A stretch of DNA of 64,000 bases from Mobula hypostoma (lineage: Eukaryota). A program made the translations under genes and the position numbers. How positions within the stretch are numbered: position 1 is the first letter of the stretch; each line of letters starts with the position of its first letter. Positions 25,047 to 37,966 of this stretch are shown one piece after another. The stretch covers positions 14,942,001 through 15,006,000 of the forward strand of contig NC_086121.1 of the NCBI RefSeq assembly GCF_963921235.1, read 5' to 3'. A model generated the notes under the pieces. It saw only the letters and a list, made by a program, of their open reading frames with translations. It was not told where the DNA came from and ran no database searches.

Positions 25047-25290
25047 TTAAGATCTAAGAAATAGAAACAGGGATAAGGCCATTCAGTGCCTTGTGCCTTC
25101 TTTGCCATTGAGTAAGATCAGGACTAATCTTTTACCTCAGTAACCTCATAATCCTGATTCTCTTAATGTCTAAAATATTGTCACTGGGTATAACTCTAAT
25201 CGACAGCCTGCAGGAGAAACTCAGTGGGTCCTGTTGGGGGGTCGAAAGGAATTGTCGACGTTTTGGTTTGAAACTCTTACATCTATTGAG
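25047..25290 (-). mobile_element. Old CR1-clade LINE 3' end
   Basis: taagaaatagaaacagggataaggccattcagtgccttgtgccttct..ccattg, a degenerate CR1 tail. Confidence 0.65.
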
Positions 25291-26182
25291 TTTCTGCAGC
25301 GGACTGATTATTGCTCCAGCTCTGTACATCTGTGTCTTAATAACTTTAATCGTTGCTTTTCCTTGCTACAAAAGATTTGCAAAGAAAAGAGAATCCCAGA
25401 GGTTTTCTTGGATACAGTAAGCCCATGCTGTTTCCTCCCATACCCTTCCCTGCCCCCTGTGCGTAGGAGCACGACGTTGCTTTTTTCCTGCTTCATGTGG
25501 TGTGGTGCCCACTCTGTAGTTGTGAATCGCATCGTGTGATGAAGAGGGAAGAGGAAGCTTCTATACAAAATGGAGTTCTAATGGCTGTTGTTTTTTTTTA
25601 TTTTTCTCCTTTTGTGTAAGTGGGATGTGGGCCTTATAGGACTTGTCAAGGAATTAAGTTAAGATTTTAACCAGTCTCTATCTCCTGACTTTATCTCCCC
25701 CTCTCACCTTCCAAACCATAATAGGGGAAGTCCCTCTGCACTGGTAAATGGAACTATTTACCAGCAGGAAGATGAAACCCCAATTATATTGAGTTGCTTC
25801 AAAAGTAACTGTGTTACAAGCTGGGTGAAGTAAGAGCTAAGACCGTGGTCTGTGGTCTTTGGTTTTGGATGAAACCATTACTCGTGGTGTCTGGTTTTAA
25901 TATGGTTGACATGTCTCCCACAACATTGCAATGGCTGTCTTTAGGTTTACCACTAGGATACTTTTTTTGCCTCTGTGCTCTCACGATACAGCTTATCTTT
26001 TTGAGGTTACTGAAGCTTGCTGAGACATATTAATAATGCTAAATTGTCAATTTTGTTTGCACCTATTTATCAACAAAGCAAATATGTATATTGTATACGA
26101 TTTGGGAAATAATTTGTGTCCTAATTTGGCTTTACTTGGTTGTCTTTTTGAAATAGAAGTTCTGAAGCATTTTTAGAAACCA

Positions 26183-26344
26183 CTGCACTTGCAGTTTGTC
26201 TTTTTTTTGCACATTGGTTGCTTGTCAGTCTTTGATTCATTGATTCTATTGCTTTTTCTTTGTTCTACTGTGAATGCCAGTAAGAAAGTGAATCTCAAAG
26301 TGGCATATACATACTTTGATAATAAATGTACTTTGAACTTTGAT
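26183..26344 (+). mobile_element. Rex1-type 3' tail (actttga-repeat family)
   Basis: gtgaatgccagtaagaaagtgaatctcaaagt..atactttgataataaatgtactttgaactttga. Confidence 0.8.
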
Positions 26345-26924
26345 ATCTGCATCCAAAAATGATGGCAACTCCTTCACTCATAGTTGAGCATATAACTAGA
26401 AAGAAGATTGGAGATGAATTGTACTCCCTGGTCTGATCTGAGCCATTTTCAGCAGTGTATATGTGTGTGTATACTCAGACCCAACAGTATTCCTTTGCAC
26501 CAAGTGACTTAGAAAGCACAAAGGAAATGTACAGTCATTTAGGTCCAACTCCCTTCTCTTTAAATAGGCTGTATCTCCTAACTGTTTTTGACTTTCATGA
26601 TGAAATTACCCAGCCATCAAAAGCAAAACCTCTCACCAAATCAGAACCGAAAAATAAGCTACAAAACCAAAAGGCAAGCGTGGCCCTTTTTTTTTGTAGG
26701 CTGAGTAACTGTCTCACACTTCCTGATCATACTTCCTCTTTTTTGTTAAGTGAAAATATAACACCAAAAATTAAATCTTGAGATTTGAAACCATTCTGGC
26801 TTTAGTGAGAATGTGGGCTTAAACCTTCACGTTCGAGCAGAAATTCTTCCAGTTTGATTACTCAACCGCTATTAGGGTTGCCGTGGAGGATCACTTTATC
26901 ACCAGCTATTTAAACAGCTTTCTC

Positions 26925-27165
26925 TCTTGTTTGCCCGTTACACCACTGGTGTTGTAGGGCATCGGTGACGGTCCTCCATCTCTGGCGGTATTCACAGCTT
27001 CCTTCATCGTGTCAGTAGCTTCCTCTGGGTTTTCACTACTGTCGGCCATACTAGTCTTAGAGGTTCAGGAAAACCGTCACCCACAGATGTAGAGGGATTC
27101 TTCTTTGCTGTTTCCATAGGAATTTTGTTTCAATAGCCCTGAGCTGAACCCCCGAACCTGGAGGA
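26925..27165 (-). mobile_element. Internally deleted RTE-clade element
   Basis: Minus strand joins RTE-like 5' motif tcctccaggttcgggggttcagctcagggcta to an RTE-like 3' end (cgccagagatggaggaccgtcaccgatgccctacaacaccagtggtgtaacgggcaa). Confidence 0.6.
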
Positions 27166-27354
27166 TTATTTAAACCTAGAGTTATTAATTTCCCAGAAGC
27201 AATAAGGACAAAGTTCTGGGAGGAGGGCACGAAATACAAGGCATATTTGCAAACAGTACATTAGAAAGCAATAGAGGAAGGTTATTGTACCTTCTATAGG
27301 GGACTGAAAGCCCTCTTGATTCACCAGACTCCAAACACTACCATAAAGACCACT

Positions 27355-27460
27355 TATGTGGGGCTGAGGAGAGGAAAAAAGGATCAGCCATGATTGAATG
27401 GTGGAGCAGACTCGATGGGCCAAGTGGCCTAATTCTGCTCCTCTGTCTTACAGTCTTATA
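27355..27460 (+). mobile_element. CR1-clade LINE 3' tail
   Basis: ggatcagccatgattgaatggtggagcagactcgatgggccaagtggcctaattctgctcctctgtcttacagtcttat. Confidence 0.9.
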
Positions 27461-28511
27461 AACTGATCATGCATGTTTTGGGACAGCATTGGAAATAAGT
27501 GATGCTCAGCAATAGAAGGATTCTGTGTTGTTATGTCAGTGTAATGTCGTTATAATGACCCACGGACTTAGGAAAAATGTAGGAAGCTGCTGAGCAGATT
27601 AGATACCGCTCATGCAAAGCACAAAAACGAGATTTTCTTCCTGGATCCAAACTTGGATGTGGTTCATTTGCCGCTAGCATCGTATATTGTGACTGGGGCA
27701 TCAGCAGTGTAATGACATCTACACTCCTGAAAAGTTCATATTTTGGTCTGAGAAAGTAAAAGATCCTTTCTAAAGCACGTCAATAATTATATTCCAAATT
27801 AACATAGAAGTATATTTTCCCATTCTTTGAAAAAATAGGTTAAATTATTGGACATTTACTAAAGTTCCTATTATTTTCTCATGCCTGTGGTATATGTCTA
27901 TTTAAATGTCGAATATCATTTATCTACAGGCACTGTGACACTGCTTAAATCAGGCCTGAGAAAAAGAGAATCATTCAGAGTAGCATGGCTGTAGCAGTTT
28001 AAATTTGTTTTTTTAAAAGATCTTTAATAAAATAAATAACTTGCTGATCAGGAGGAAAGACAATTTTAAACAATTAAATGACTTAACTGGGTCTCATGAT
28101 ACACATGTGGACTAATTATTTCCTGTCTCTACAAACAAATACTCAGACAGGCTGAAAATTGAACTGTCACTGGAAATCTAATGTATCTCCTGCCATTTTG
28201 CTGATTCCTGTGCTCCTCATTGTAACGGACATTGGGATTTCCAGAGAGGATTTAGCCTTGTGCTTTTTTTTGCCCGGATGCAAAATCTGTTCCCTGAAAA
28301 TTGGAACTTATCAGACTTTGCTTCCTCAGTCGTAGTGATTGGCTATTGTGCCCATTTACAGGTTGAATTTTTCTGAGGTACCAGGGGCCACCTTTGTGAT
28401 CCTGACATGACTTCCACATTGGAGTGCCTGTGATGATATTATTCCTGGTGCAGAATTTTTCAGAGCGTTGCTGGAGGATTTTGAGCCATGTGGGCCTGGG
28501 ACAGGGTTGTA

Positions 28512-29039
28512 AACTCAGCAGCCACGCTATTTGGTACCTCCTGTACCTAATAAGGTGGCCACTGAGTGTATGTTCATGGTCTTCTGCTGCTGTAGCCCAT
28601 CCACTCCAAAGTTTGATATGTTGTGTGTTCGGAGATGCTCTCTTGCATACTGCTGTGGTAACGCGAGGTTCTTTGAGCTACTGTCACCTTTCTGTCAGTT
28701 GGAATCAGTCTGTCCGATCTCCTCTGACCCCTCACGCTAAAAAGGCGTTAATAACGCCCACAGAATTGACGTTCACTGGAAGTTTTGTTGTTTCTCTGTA
28801 AATTCTAGAGACTGTTATGTGTGAAAATCCCAGGAGATCAGCAGTTTCTGAGATACTCAAAACACCCCACCTGACATCCACAGTCAAAGTCACAGTCAAA
28901 GTCTTCCCCATTCTGATATTTGGTCTGAACAGCTGAACCTCTTGACCATGCTTTTCTGCATTGAGGTACTGCCACATGATTGGCTGATTATATATTTTCA
29001 TTAATGAGCAGATGTACCCCATAAAGTGGCCACTGAGTG
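28512..29039 (-). mobile_element. Non-autonomous Tc1-like transposon with an extra terminal TIR hairpin
   Basis: TA-flanked. ORF 28732-29022 contains LSISETADLLGFSHITVSRIYRE. A third TIR forms a palindrome at 28512-28568. Confidence 0.92.
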
Positions 29040-29141
29040 TAAAATGTTCCCGAGGGAAAGGGGTTTTAATCCCTCAACACTGACTGAAGAGGATTACGTA
29101 CATGTTGGTCAGATCGTTGTCACTACTCAGTCCTCACCATT

Positions 29142-29234
29142 CACACAAAATGCTGGAGGAGCTCAACAGGTCAATTACCATCTATGGAGAGGAAAACAGT
29201 TGATGTTTCAGGCCAGGACACTTCATCAGGACAG
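29142..29234 (-). mobile_element. Penelope-like pLTR arm
   Basis: cacacaaaatgctggaggagctcaacagg..gatgtttcaggccaggacacttcatcaggac. Confidence 0.8.
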
Positions 29235-30757
29235 CATTTGGACCGTTGACTTTTTGCCTTCGGGATACTTTGGAGGCTTTGAATTACGGTTGAAGAATAA
29301 TCACTTGCTGTTTAATCAAAATGGATGTAAATTACATTACATTTTCTAAATTAATAATAGGTTCCTTTTTTACAGTAAAGGTAGAATAAAAATAGTCTTG
29401 ATCTCATCTTGCATCAGAGTTTTAGAGATTGTCAAGATGATTGCTTAGGATAAGGAGACAATAAATTTCAATGCTATTAAATGAAAATGAGACTCCTGAA
29501 GGGGTTAATTTTGATAGGCATTGTGGTCGTCTTCTCACCTTTAACCTTTGTCAGTCTTAAGTCTTCATTGAAACGACAATGAATCCGTATGCTGTTTGCA
29601 GTTTGCTTATTCCAGAGAATTATTTATTGCAAAGTCTGATCAGCATCACAAGGGATCACACATCCTTGAATAGGATTTCAAAATATGCAGCACAATTGAT
29701 CCACAACCGTGCGACGTGAGGGGTAAGCGCTCATAAGTGAAGCAAGCAGTATGAAAATGTTATTAAATCTTGTATGTTGAGCCTTTGTAGTGGCATGATT
29801 ATTGGTGACTTGGAGGATGTGCTATACCATGATCTGCCTACTTGAAGAAGTTCTTAACCACCTTTGACTGGAGCAGCCATTTTTATGCATGTCCAGTGAG
29901 CTGGGCTGTATGGGCGGGAAAGGTCTTTTACATTTGGTATTTGTTGGATTTCCACTGACACTTAAGGTGCACGGAAATAAACATCAACTTTTTTCAAGCA
30001 AACACTATGAAATAGTGATCCGGAATCAATATGATTCAGATAATTTTTAAATACGCATTTAATGTGTGCCGTGAGAACTGGGACGTAAGAATATCTCCCT
30101 CAGAACGATGCATTATACCGTCAGCTTTGTCCAGTTACTACTAAGCTTCTTCCTCCTTGGGACACTGTTCACACAATGTGCACGATCAGGGAAATGGAAG
30201 AAAGTATTTGGTGGCTAAAGTACACTGGGAGTTCTAGAAGTGAGTGCCTGTAAGCACTACGATGTTTGTTTCGAAGTGGGCTATTCATAATGAAAGGGCA
30301 TTATAGGGTGCGTGGGACCCTTGGGCTTCTGAATAGCAGCCATGTCATGACCTTCACTGGATTTAGCAGAAATCTTGGCCTCATTAAATCAGTGGACATG
30401 ACTGTCATGATATTTTAAGTGTCAACAGACTTTAAATTAAGACTAGCCACTCCTGAAGTAGGGAAATGCTGTCTTTGAAATTTGATCAGTGTTTGGAAAC
30501 AACCTTCCCATTGGCTGTACACTATGAAAGCCAAGTCTTGTGAGATGATCTATTGTGTGACAGAATCTCCATCAATTGTCCCATTCAGTTTATTAGGGGC
30601 ACTGCAGGGATCTCTGCTTCAGCTTAATAGTCAGGGTGTAGAAAGCTGCGCTGTATAAACCCAAAGAACAGAAACAGTTGCAGTAGTTCTCTCTGTACTG
30701 TAGCAATAATGGGTTCTGTCTACATTGTGCTTGAGAATTGAAGCTGACAGAGTGAAA

Positions 30758-31205
30758 GATTTCAAGATGGTTTATTGCCATTCTTCGGAAGACGAGTGTA
30801 AAGGAGAATGAAATGATTGTTACTCCGGATCGGATGTAGAATAAAAAAACACGATATGTATAAAGAACATAATAAAAAAACACAAATAAAATAAATACAA
30901 AAGCAATCCTATGGAAAAAAACAATGTCCAAGTAACTGTTTGAGCTAATTATACATATGATTAACCTGTATACATACTATAATGATTCTACATAAAGTGA
31001 CGGAGGTGCAGGAGTGTCTGAACATAAGGTGACTGACAGGAAATGATGAAGTGATAGAGTGACTTTGGCAGCAGGGCAGTGACTGTGTCAGTGCAGGTAT
31101 GAGGTGTGGAGTGTAAGTGTAAGGTGGCAGTGCATGGGAGGGGGATGAAGGGTACTGAGTGGAGAGAAGAGGTTGATGTGGATGTAGTGGTGGGGTGGGT
31201 TAATG
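30758..31205 (-). mobile_element. LINE 3' UTR (probably Rex1-related subfamily)
   Basis: Tail ttcaagatggtttattgccatt; body homologous to 49298-49510 (acataaggtgactgac..). Confidence 0.65.
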
Positions 31206-31432
31206 GGCAGCGTCTAATCTCCTTTCATTTAACCTTCCTGATGTGGAGTAACTCGAATACCTTTTGAAATTTGCCCCACTTGCTTTATGGGATAGGTTTT
31301 CAGAGGATTGGCAATTGCATAACCGCTCAAAGTACACTGGCAACTTTTCATGTCCTGTTTTCTTTGTGTTTACTCGTAAGCTGGTCCGGAAAAAAGGCGG
31401 CTGTTGCTGCAACTGCACATATTTGCTTATGT

Positions 31433-31590
31433 CCATAAGACCATGAGACATAAGAGCACAATTAAGCCATTCGGCCCATCAGGTCTGCCCCACCATTCCA
31501 TCATGGCTGATTTATTATCCCTCTCAACCCCATTCTCCTACCTTCTTCCTGTAACCTTTGACACCCTGACTAATCAAGAACCTATCAACG
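31433..31590 (-). mobile_element. CR1-clade LINE 3' end
   Basis: cataagaccatgagacataagagcacaattaagccattcggcccatc..catggctgattt..taatcaagaacctatcaac. Confidence 0.9.
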
Positions 31591-32114
31591 AAACCATGTA
31601 AGATATTTAATGAATGCTATGTTGTAATCAAGAGTTAAAAAAAAGATGTCTATTGATTTTGTTAGTTTAATGTATTTTGAAATGACGATGATTAAGGGAA
31701 GAGTAGAATTTCCTCTGTCTGAAATGATTGGTGAATTGAATTTGGCTGGTGATTTGTGAATAATGTTTAGCTGACCTGCAAAAAAATGTCTGCTTCAGCT
31801 TCCATAGTAATATGTGATTAATTAATTGTTTGGAAGCTGTACTTGTGAAGTTTGTTATAGTTATGCATTTTGATTTCTGTCTGTGGCGTTGCCAGATTTT
31901 GTGAAGCTCTTCCTTGTCTAGAGCAGGGAATCAAAACTGAAATAGTGAGTTAAAGGGTATGCATTCCCTTGCATTGAGTGTTTGGGGAAGTCACCATGTC
32001 TGTGGTTGAGGAAGGTAACTAGAGACAGGAAAGGACAGTGCATTTCACTGCTCTAGGAGAGGTTATTGAAAATTATACATTACGTCAATGGATCTTTATT
32101 TTGGAGGGGCATAA

Positions 32115-32349
32115 ATGACATAGCATAGTGGTTAACACAGCCCTTTACACTGCCAGCGACTCGGGTTCAATTCCCACAGCTGCCGGTAAAGAGTTTGTAC
32201 GTTCTCCCTATGACCGCCTGTCCCCCCCCACATTCAAAAGGTGTACCGGTCGATCATTGTAAAGAGTCCCGTGACTAGGCTGGGGTTAAATTGGGGAATT
32301 GCTGGCTGGGAGGGCCTACACCGTGCCATGTCTCAGTAAACAAATAAAT
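32115..32349 (+). mobile_element. V-SINE (HE1-like)
   Basis: tagcatagtggttaac (A-box), gggttcaattccc (B-box), gagtttgtacgttctccc core, taaa tail. Confidence 0.85.
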
Positions 32350-33024
32350 TTCTTGGCGGTTCATGAGGAGCAGTTTCACAATGTAGTAGAAGTCACTTTC
32401 ATACCCTTCAGTTGGAAGTGATTTTAAAGACAGGTAGGGAATGAGTGGTTCACAGAGTTCTGCCCACAACAGTAAGGAGCCTGTGCTCAGCTGCAGACCT
32501 GCTGCCTTGCCCTGTGGACTCCCACAAGGCAGTGCAAACCACAGAGGAATTCCCAGATAGCAGGCTGGGAGATCCACTTGCTGAATTCACGCCATCTTAA
32601 CCTGGGGCAAGTTCAGTGATCCTTGTCAGCCATTCAGACCTCCCTCCCGGCAGCTGATTCCTGCCAGTAAGATTAATTAATTTTTTGTCTGCCCGAGGAG
32701 GTGGTGAAATAAGATATAGTCACTATGTTTAAAAGGCACTTTTAAGGTTGGCACGGATGTGTAGGCCAAAGGGCCCATTTCTTTCTTTTTAATTTTAATT
32801 TTGACACACAGCATGTTAACAGGCCCTTAATAAATAATAAATGAATTTAGTTTTATTTTGCTAACCTTGAACAGGTTTAATATTACCGGCTATATTGTGA
32901 AATTTGTTGTCTTTGCGGCAGTAGTACAATGCAGTACATAATAATAGAAAAAAATGTAAATTACAGTTTTACAGTAAGTATGTTGAATAGGTAGCAAAAC
33001 ATAAAATGGAAATATATTTAATGC

Positions 33025-33760
33025 TTCAAAAGAAAAATACTGCAGATGCTTGAAATTGGAAATAAAATCCAACAGATCAAACAGCATCTGTGGAGAGAGA
33101 AAAGGGAGAGATGTTTTGGGTGGATGACCTATAGTGACTGGGGACACTTAAAAAATAAACCTAGTTTAAAGTTGAAAAGTTGGGGGGGGTTGGGGAAGTA
33201 CAAAGGGATTGTGATTAGATGGAGACTTTGGAGAATTTGTGTGACACACAGCGGTGGTGCTGGGTAAAAGAGGACAGTAAAGGCTTGGTAATTAAATAGG
33301 AGATGAAAATACTGAAAGAAGAGAGGGAAACGGAGACGTGAGTTACAAGGTCAATGATCCATAATCATTAAGTTCTTTGTCGAGTCTGAAAGTCTATAAT
33401 GTGCCATGTCAGAAGATTAAATTATTTATTAATTGCAATACAGTGTGGAATAGGTCCCTCTAGCCTTTCGAGACTTGCCACCCAGCAATCCTCCAATTTA
33501 GCCCCAGCCTAATCACCGGACAATTTACATTGACCAATTAACCTACCAACCGGTACATCTTTGGACTGTGGGACAAAACCGGAGCACCCAGAGAAAACCC
33601 ACGTAGCCGTAGGGGGGTGGGGGGAACGTACAAGGTCGGGAATTGAACCCGGGTCGCTGGTACTGTAAAGCGTTGTGCTAACCGCTACACTACCGTGCCG
33701 CCATTATGACAAGCTGTACCTCCATCTTAATTGACATTCATAGAACGTAGCTTGGCATAG
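33025..33760 (-). mobile_element. Old Penelope-like element remnant (interrupted by a SINE)
   Basis: aaaatactgcagatgcttgaaattggaaataaaa..cagcatctgtggagagaga pLTR tail, purine-rich UTR, resumes after 33702. Confidence 0.55.
33422..33702 (-). mobile_element. Full-length V-SINE (HE1-like)
   Basis: Minus-strand head ggcggcacggtagtgtagcggttagcacaacgctttacagtaccagcgacccgggttcaattcccg, V-core and taaa tail. Confidence 0.92.
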
Positions 33761-34787
33761 AGTCCAAAGTAACTACGTTGCCAAGTACATAAATATACTC
33801 CCCTGGGATACATTTTCTTGTAGGCATTCACAGCGGACAAATAAATGAAATATAATCAATGAAAGGCTACACAAAGACTGAGAAGCAAACAATGTGCACA
33901 AGAAGATAAACAGTGCAAGTGAAAACAAATAATTAATAAATAACACTGAGAAAATGCTGTAGACCTGACACTGAGTAGAATAATCATTGCAGAATAATGC
34001 TGAGAATGAGTTGTTGATAGCATTGGTTACTGTTATACTTCAGATTTGGATGCAAGTTCAAAAAGTAGCAAATTGACCCATTTTAATATTTAATATGAAA
34101 CTCTGTATAGTTTAGACAAAAGATCGCTGCTGTTGTAGGTTTTCACTGGTCAAAAACAGGCGTGTATTGTTGCCGTTGCTGCAACTCGCCCTGAGTTGTC
34201 TTGTTTGTTCTTTGTCTTTTGGATGTTTCAGTTAAGGTTAATTTAGCTTTTGAGAGGTGACTTTCATCCTTCAAGTCTGAAGATGACAAATAGGATTACG
34301 AGTGAAGTTTGCCTGATCAGGCCAATTTGTGCTTCGGCCAGCCTGTGGTTCCTTTACAGACGAGGCTTCGTCAGGGAGAGCAGTTGTCAGCAGGATCAGG
34401 CCAGCCTTGAAGTGTTTCAAGAACGATGTGAAGGAAACCTTGAAATGTTTCTATTGACTTCCTAGAGACTGCTTTTGCACTCGTTGTAGAATGCCTCCTT
34501 TGACAGCCGTTCACGTGATTCCTCGATGATACGGTCTCTTGTCTCATCACTGATCTCATTGGTAGCTGATGGCTACTTACATCATGTGACTGAATGAGTA
34601 TTGTTCCTGAAGGCACGTGGACTTGTGCCTTGTCCAACGTGTTCCAAAAGGCAGCATTTTGCTAGGAGTTTTGCCCACTGTTAAAATCAGGCTGGTCTGA
34701 TGGTTGCTGCCAGAATACCTATCTGTTGTTTTTCTGATTGTACTTGCCAGCATATGGATTCGAGAGGCAGTTGTCCCCGATCTACTT

Positions 34788-35250
34788 CTAAGTATCAAAA
34801 TAAATTTATTATGAAGGTACGTACAGTATATGTCACCATAGACTATCTTAAAATTCATTTTCTTGCAGGCATTTGCAGCAGAACAGAGAAAGGCAATAGA
34901 TTCAGTGAAAAACTGCACTACACAAAGACTGACAAGCAACCAGTGTACAAAATATGACAAACTGCAAATAAAAATAAGTAAATAATAATAAATAATACTG
35001 AGAACATGAGTTGTAGAGTCCTCAAAAGTGAGTCCATAGGTTGTGGCTCAGGGTTGAGTTGAGTGAAGTTATTCACGGTGGTTGAGGAGCCTGATGGTTG
35101 AAAGGTAGTAACTGTTCCTGATCTTGGTGGTGTGGGACTTGAGACTCCTGTATTACCTCCCCAATGGCAACAGCAAGAGGAGAGTGTGGCTTAGATGGTG
35201 GGGGTCCTAGAAGATGGCTGTTCCTTTCTAGTGGCAGCGCTCCTTGTCGC
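34788..35250 (-). mobile_element. Rex1-type LINE 3' end
   Basis: Homologous to 42008-42640 (ctgatggttgaaaggtagtaactgttcctgatcttggtggtg..). Confidence 0.85.
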
Positions 35251-35555
35251 TGTACAGGCTGTAACAGTGTTAAGACACTGTTAACTTGTCCGAAACCTCC
35301 TGATCCCGTTTCAGAGTCTGAAGTTAATTTTAATATCAGTATTGTGGGACATATCACAAGATTCAATAGTCTAAGACTCCATCCACATTACACTGAGGAA
35401 AAAAATTGAGAACAGCATTAAATGTGTACTGGAAGATGCAGATATTCAGCCTGTTTCAGTGGAAATCCTGTTAGATTGTGGAAGTACACTTTTTTGACCC
35501 CAACCAAAGACTGATAATTTCGATAAAGGTGTTGCATGGCTGCCATTCAGAGGCT

Positions 35556-35569
35556 GTCACCATGGCAAC
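35556..35569. promoter_or_regulatory. RFX X-box-like site
   Basis: GTCACCATGGCAAC matches GTNRCC-AT-RGYAAC in unique sequence. Confidence 0.4.
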
Positions 35570-36427
35570 ATTCTTGCCTGTTCCCAGGCCTTTGCCTGTC
35601 AATTACATTCATCCTCTAATGGGCCTGTGTCATGAGAATCTACTAGGCCTGATTAAAAAGCCATTTGAAGTACAAAGAGCCCTTTGGTTGGTTGAGTGGA
35701 AGCTAGCAAATTCTGTGTCGGTTTAATGTGAACACTGCAACTTTTTGAAAGGTTTTGCATGGCCCTTGTTTTGTGCAAAAAAAAAATTTCAAAGCACATC
35801 AATTCTGTTGACAACAAACAATAATAAGAAAATCAACGTCTTCTGCAACCATGTGTTGTTTAAAAAATGTTGGCGTAAAAGCAACCAGATGGTGCAAAGA
35901 ACGTAAATTGATGTGTTTAGCAAAACCTATCCCTAATTAACAGCTGTGTTTTAACAAGTGTTGCTGTTTTAAGTCTATCGGCATAATGCTTTAAGCCTAC
36001 ATCTTAAGAGCTTCTTGATAGGTGAGGGCAAAAAAATTGTGTTGTGAGCCCCTTGTACAGAGCATCAAAGACACTTGGCAAAGATCTTGTATTCTTCCAC
36101 AAGGACAAGAAAACAGAGTGAATGCTGGAAGTACATTGAATTTCCCCCAGGATGCTTCATACGGATGAAAGTTCAAAGTACAAAGTTCCATGTAAAATTT
36201 ATTATCAAAGTACATACACGTCACCACAGACAACCCTGAGATTCTTTTTTCTGTGAACTCAGCAAATGAAAGTATGTAGCTGGAACATTAACCTGTCTTT
36301 TCTCACTACGTATGCTGACAAGTTCTAGGTTTCTATTTTCTTTTTGATTTAAATGTGCATTTTTTTTCTTTTTCAAGAAAGGAGCTTCGATTTTGATTAG
36401 AAGTATTTTTTTAAAAAAATGGCACAT

Positions 36428-36628
36428 GTCTATTGTTCTCGATATTTATTGCTTATTTATTTATTATTACTATTTCTTTCTATATGTACTTGTAGTTGTC
36501 TTTTGCACTCTAGTCGAACACCCAAGTTGGTGTGGTCTTTCATTTATTCTATTATGGATTTCTTGAGTGTGCTTGCAAGAAAATGAATATCAGGGTTGCT
36601 TGACAATAAATTTATTTTGAACTTTGAA
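36428..36628 (+). mobile_element. Rex1-type 3' tail
   Basis: caagaaaatgaatatcagggttg..gacaataaatttattttgaactttgaa. An inverted tail of the same family lies at ~36168-36260. Confidence 0.75.
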
Positions 36629-36845
36629 TACTCTTTGTTACCGCGTGTAAAAGATTTTGCATAATTCCCTTTATGTTAGCTCTATGTTGAAAACAATGAT
36701 ATTTTTTATGGTAGATTTAAGTAGAGTATAATGGATTTTTATTTGTGTAAAGTCGGCTGTTATTAAAAGGAAAATGTGCACTCAAATCAAAATGCATTTG
36801 CTAGTGCAGTGGATTCAGGGCCTTAATCAGGGAAGCCACTTATTT

Positions 36846-37316
36846 TTAGATTATGAAAACACGCAGTCCTCTTTTATTGTCATTTAGTAATGCATGCATT
36901 AAGAAATGATACAATATTTCCTCCGGTGTGATATCACAAAACACAGGACAGACCAAGACTGAAAAAACTTAACAAAACCACATAACTATAACATACAGTT
37001 ACAACAGTGCAACAATACCATAACTTGATGAAGAACAGTCCATGAGCACAGTAAAAAGTTCAAAGTCTCTCGAATCTACCACATCTCACACAGACAGGAG
37101 AAGGAAGAAAAACTCTCCCTGCTGTACCCGACCACAGTCCAACTCTGAGTTCGAGCCTCCGATCAGCTCTCCGACACCAAGTACCGAGCACCATCTCTAT
37201 CCGAACGATTCGGCAAAACTGAGGATTTTGAGGCCTTCCCTCCGGAAGGTTCTCAATCGCGCAGTAACAACAGCGGCAAACTTGCGTTTCAGAAATTTCT
37301 CCAGATGTTCCTCTGT
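36846..37316 (-). mobile_element. Young retroposon (LINE-type 3' tail, CpG-rich non-coding body) inserted in the Tigger
   Basis: Splits contiguous Tigger text ..gccacttattt | gggacaactcttaaagaac. Minus strand has aataaaa near the 3' end. Confidence 0.7.
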
Positions 37317-37788
37317 GGGACAACTCTTAAAGAACAAAAGCTAATTGAGAAAACAGGCAGGATTTCCTTCTTTATTTGGGACACCGTGCTCCTTAATTGG
37401 GATAGGAGACTTGCCGAACAGTTTCTAACTAGTGTCGGTCACGTGCACTTGTGTAGCCACACTTAGAGTGAACAGTTTTTAAATAGCGTCAGTTGTGTGT
37501 ATTTGTGTTCAGAAAGCAGTGGTTTATGTCACTGGTAGTTGGAGAGAAATAAACAGTAAGGCAATTCAGAACCGTTTTGCTCACTGTAGTTTCAAGCATT
37601 CAGGCTTGGAGATGCGAGAAATGGCCGAGAATAAAAATGAAGTTGGGAGCTATGAAGAATTTGACAGTATCAACAATTGTGCCAAGGGTGAACGGTTTTT
37701 AAATAGCGTCAGGTGTGTAAGCTTGTGTTATGTTATTCATTTGGGTTAACCAACACCAAATTAAGAAAAAAAAGTAGTGATTTTTGAC

Positions 37789-37966
37789 GCAAACAACAGG
37801 AATTCTGCAGATGATGGAAATTCAAGCAACACACATCAAAGTTGCTGGTGAACGCAGCAGGCCAGGCAGCATCTATAGGAAGAGGCGGCCTGAAACGTCG
37901 ACTGCGCCTCTTCCTATAGATGCTGCCTGGCCTGCTGCGTTCACCAGCAACTTTGATGTGTGTTGC
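37789..37966 (-). mobile_element. Penelope-like fold-back insertion
   Basis: Inverted arms with the tail on the left. TSD tagtgatttttgac at 37775-37788 and 37967-37980. Confidence 0.92.

Noticed and set aside
29555-29722. Exon between a ttgtcag acceptor and a GGG|GTAAGC donor
   Set aside because: Stops in all three frames. It could only be non-coding, and such site pairs are common by chance.
33630-33702. tRNA gene
   Set aside because: A/B boxes are present but run directly into the V-SINE core and tail; this is a SINE head.
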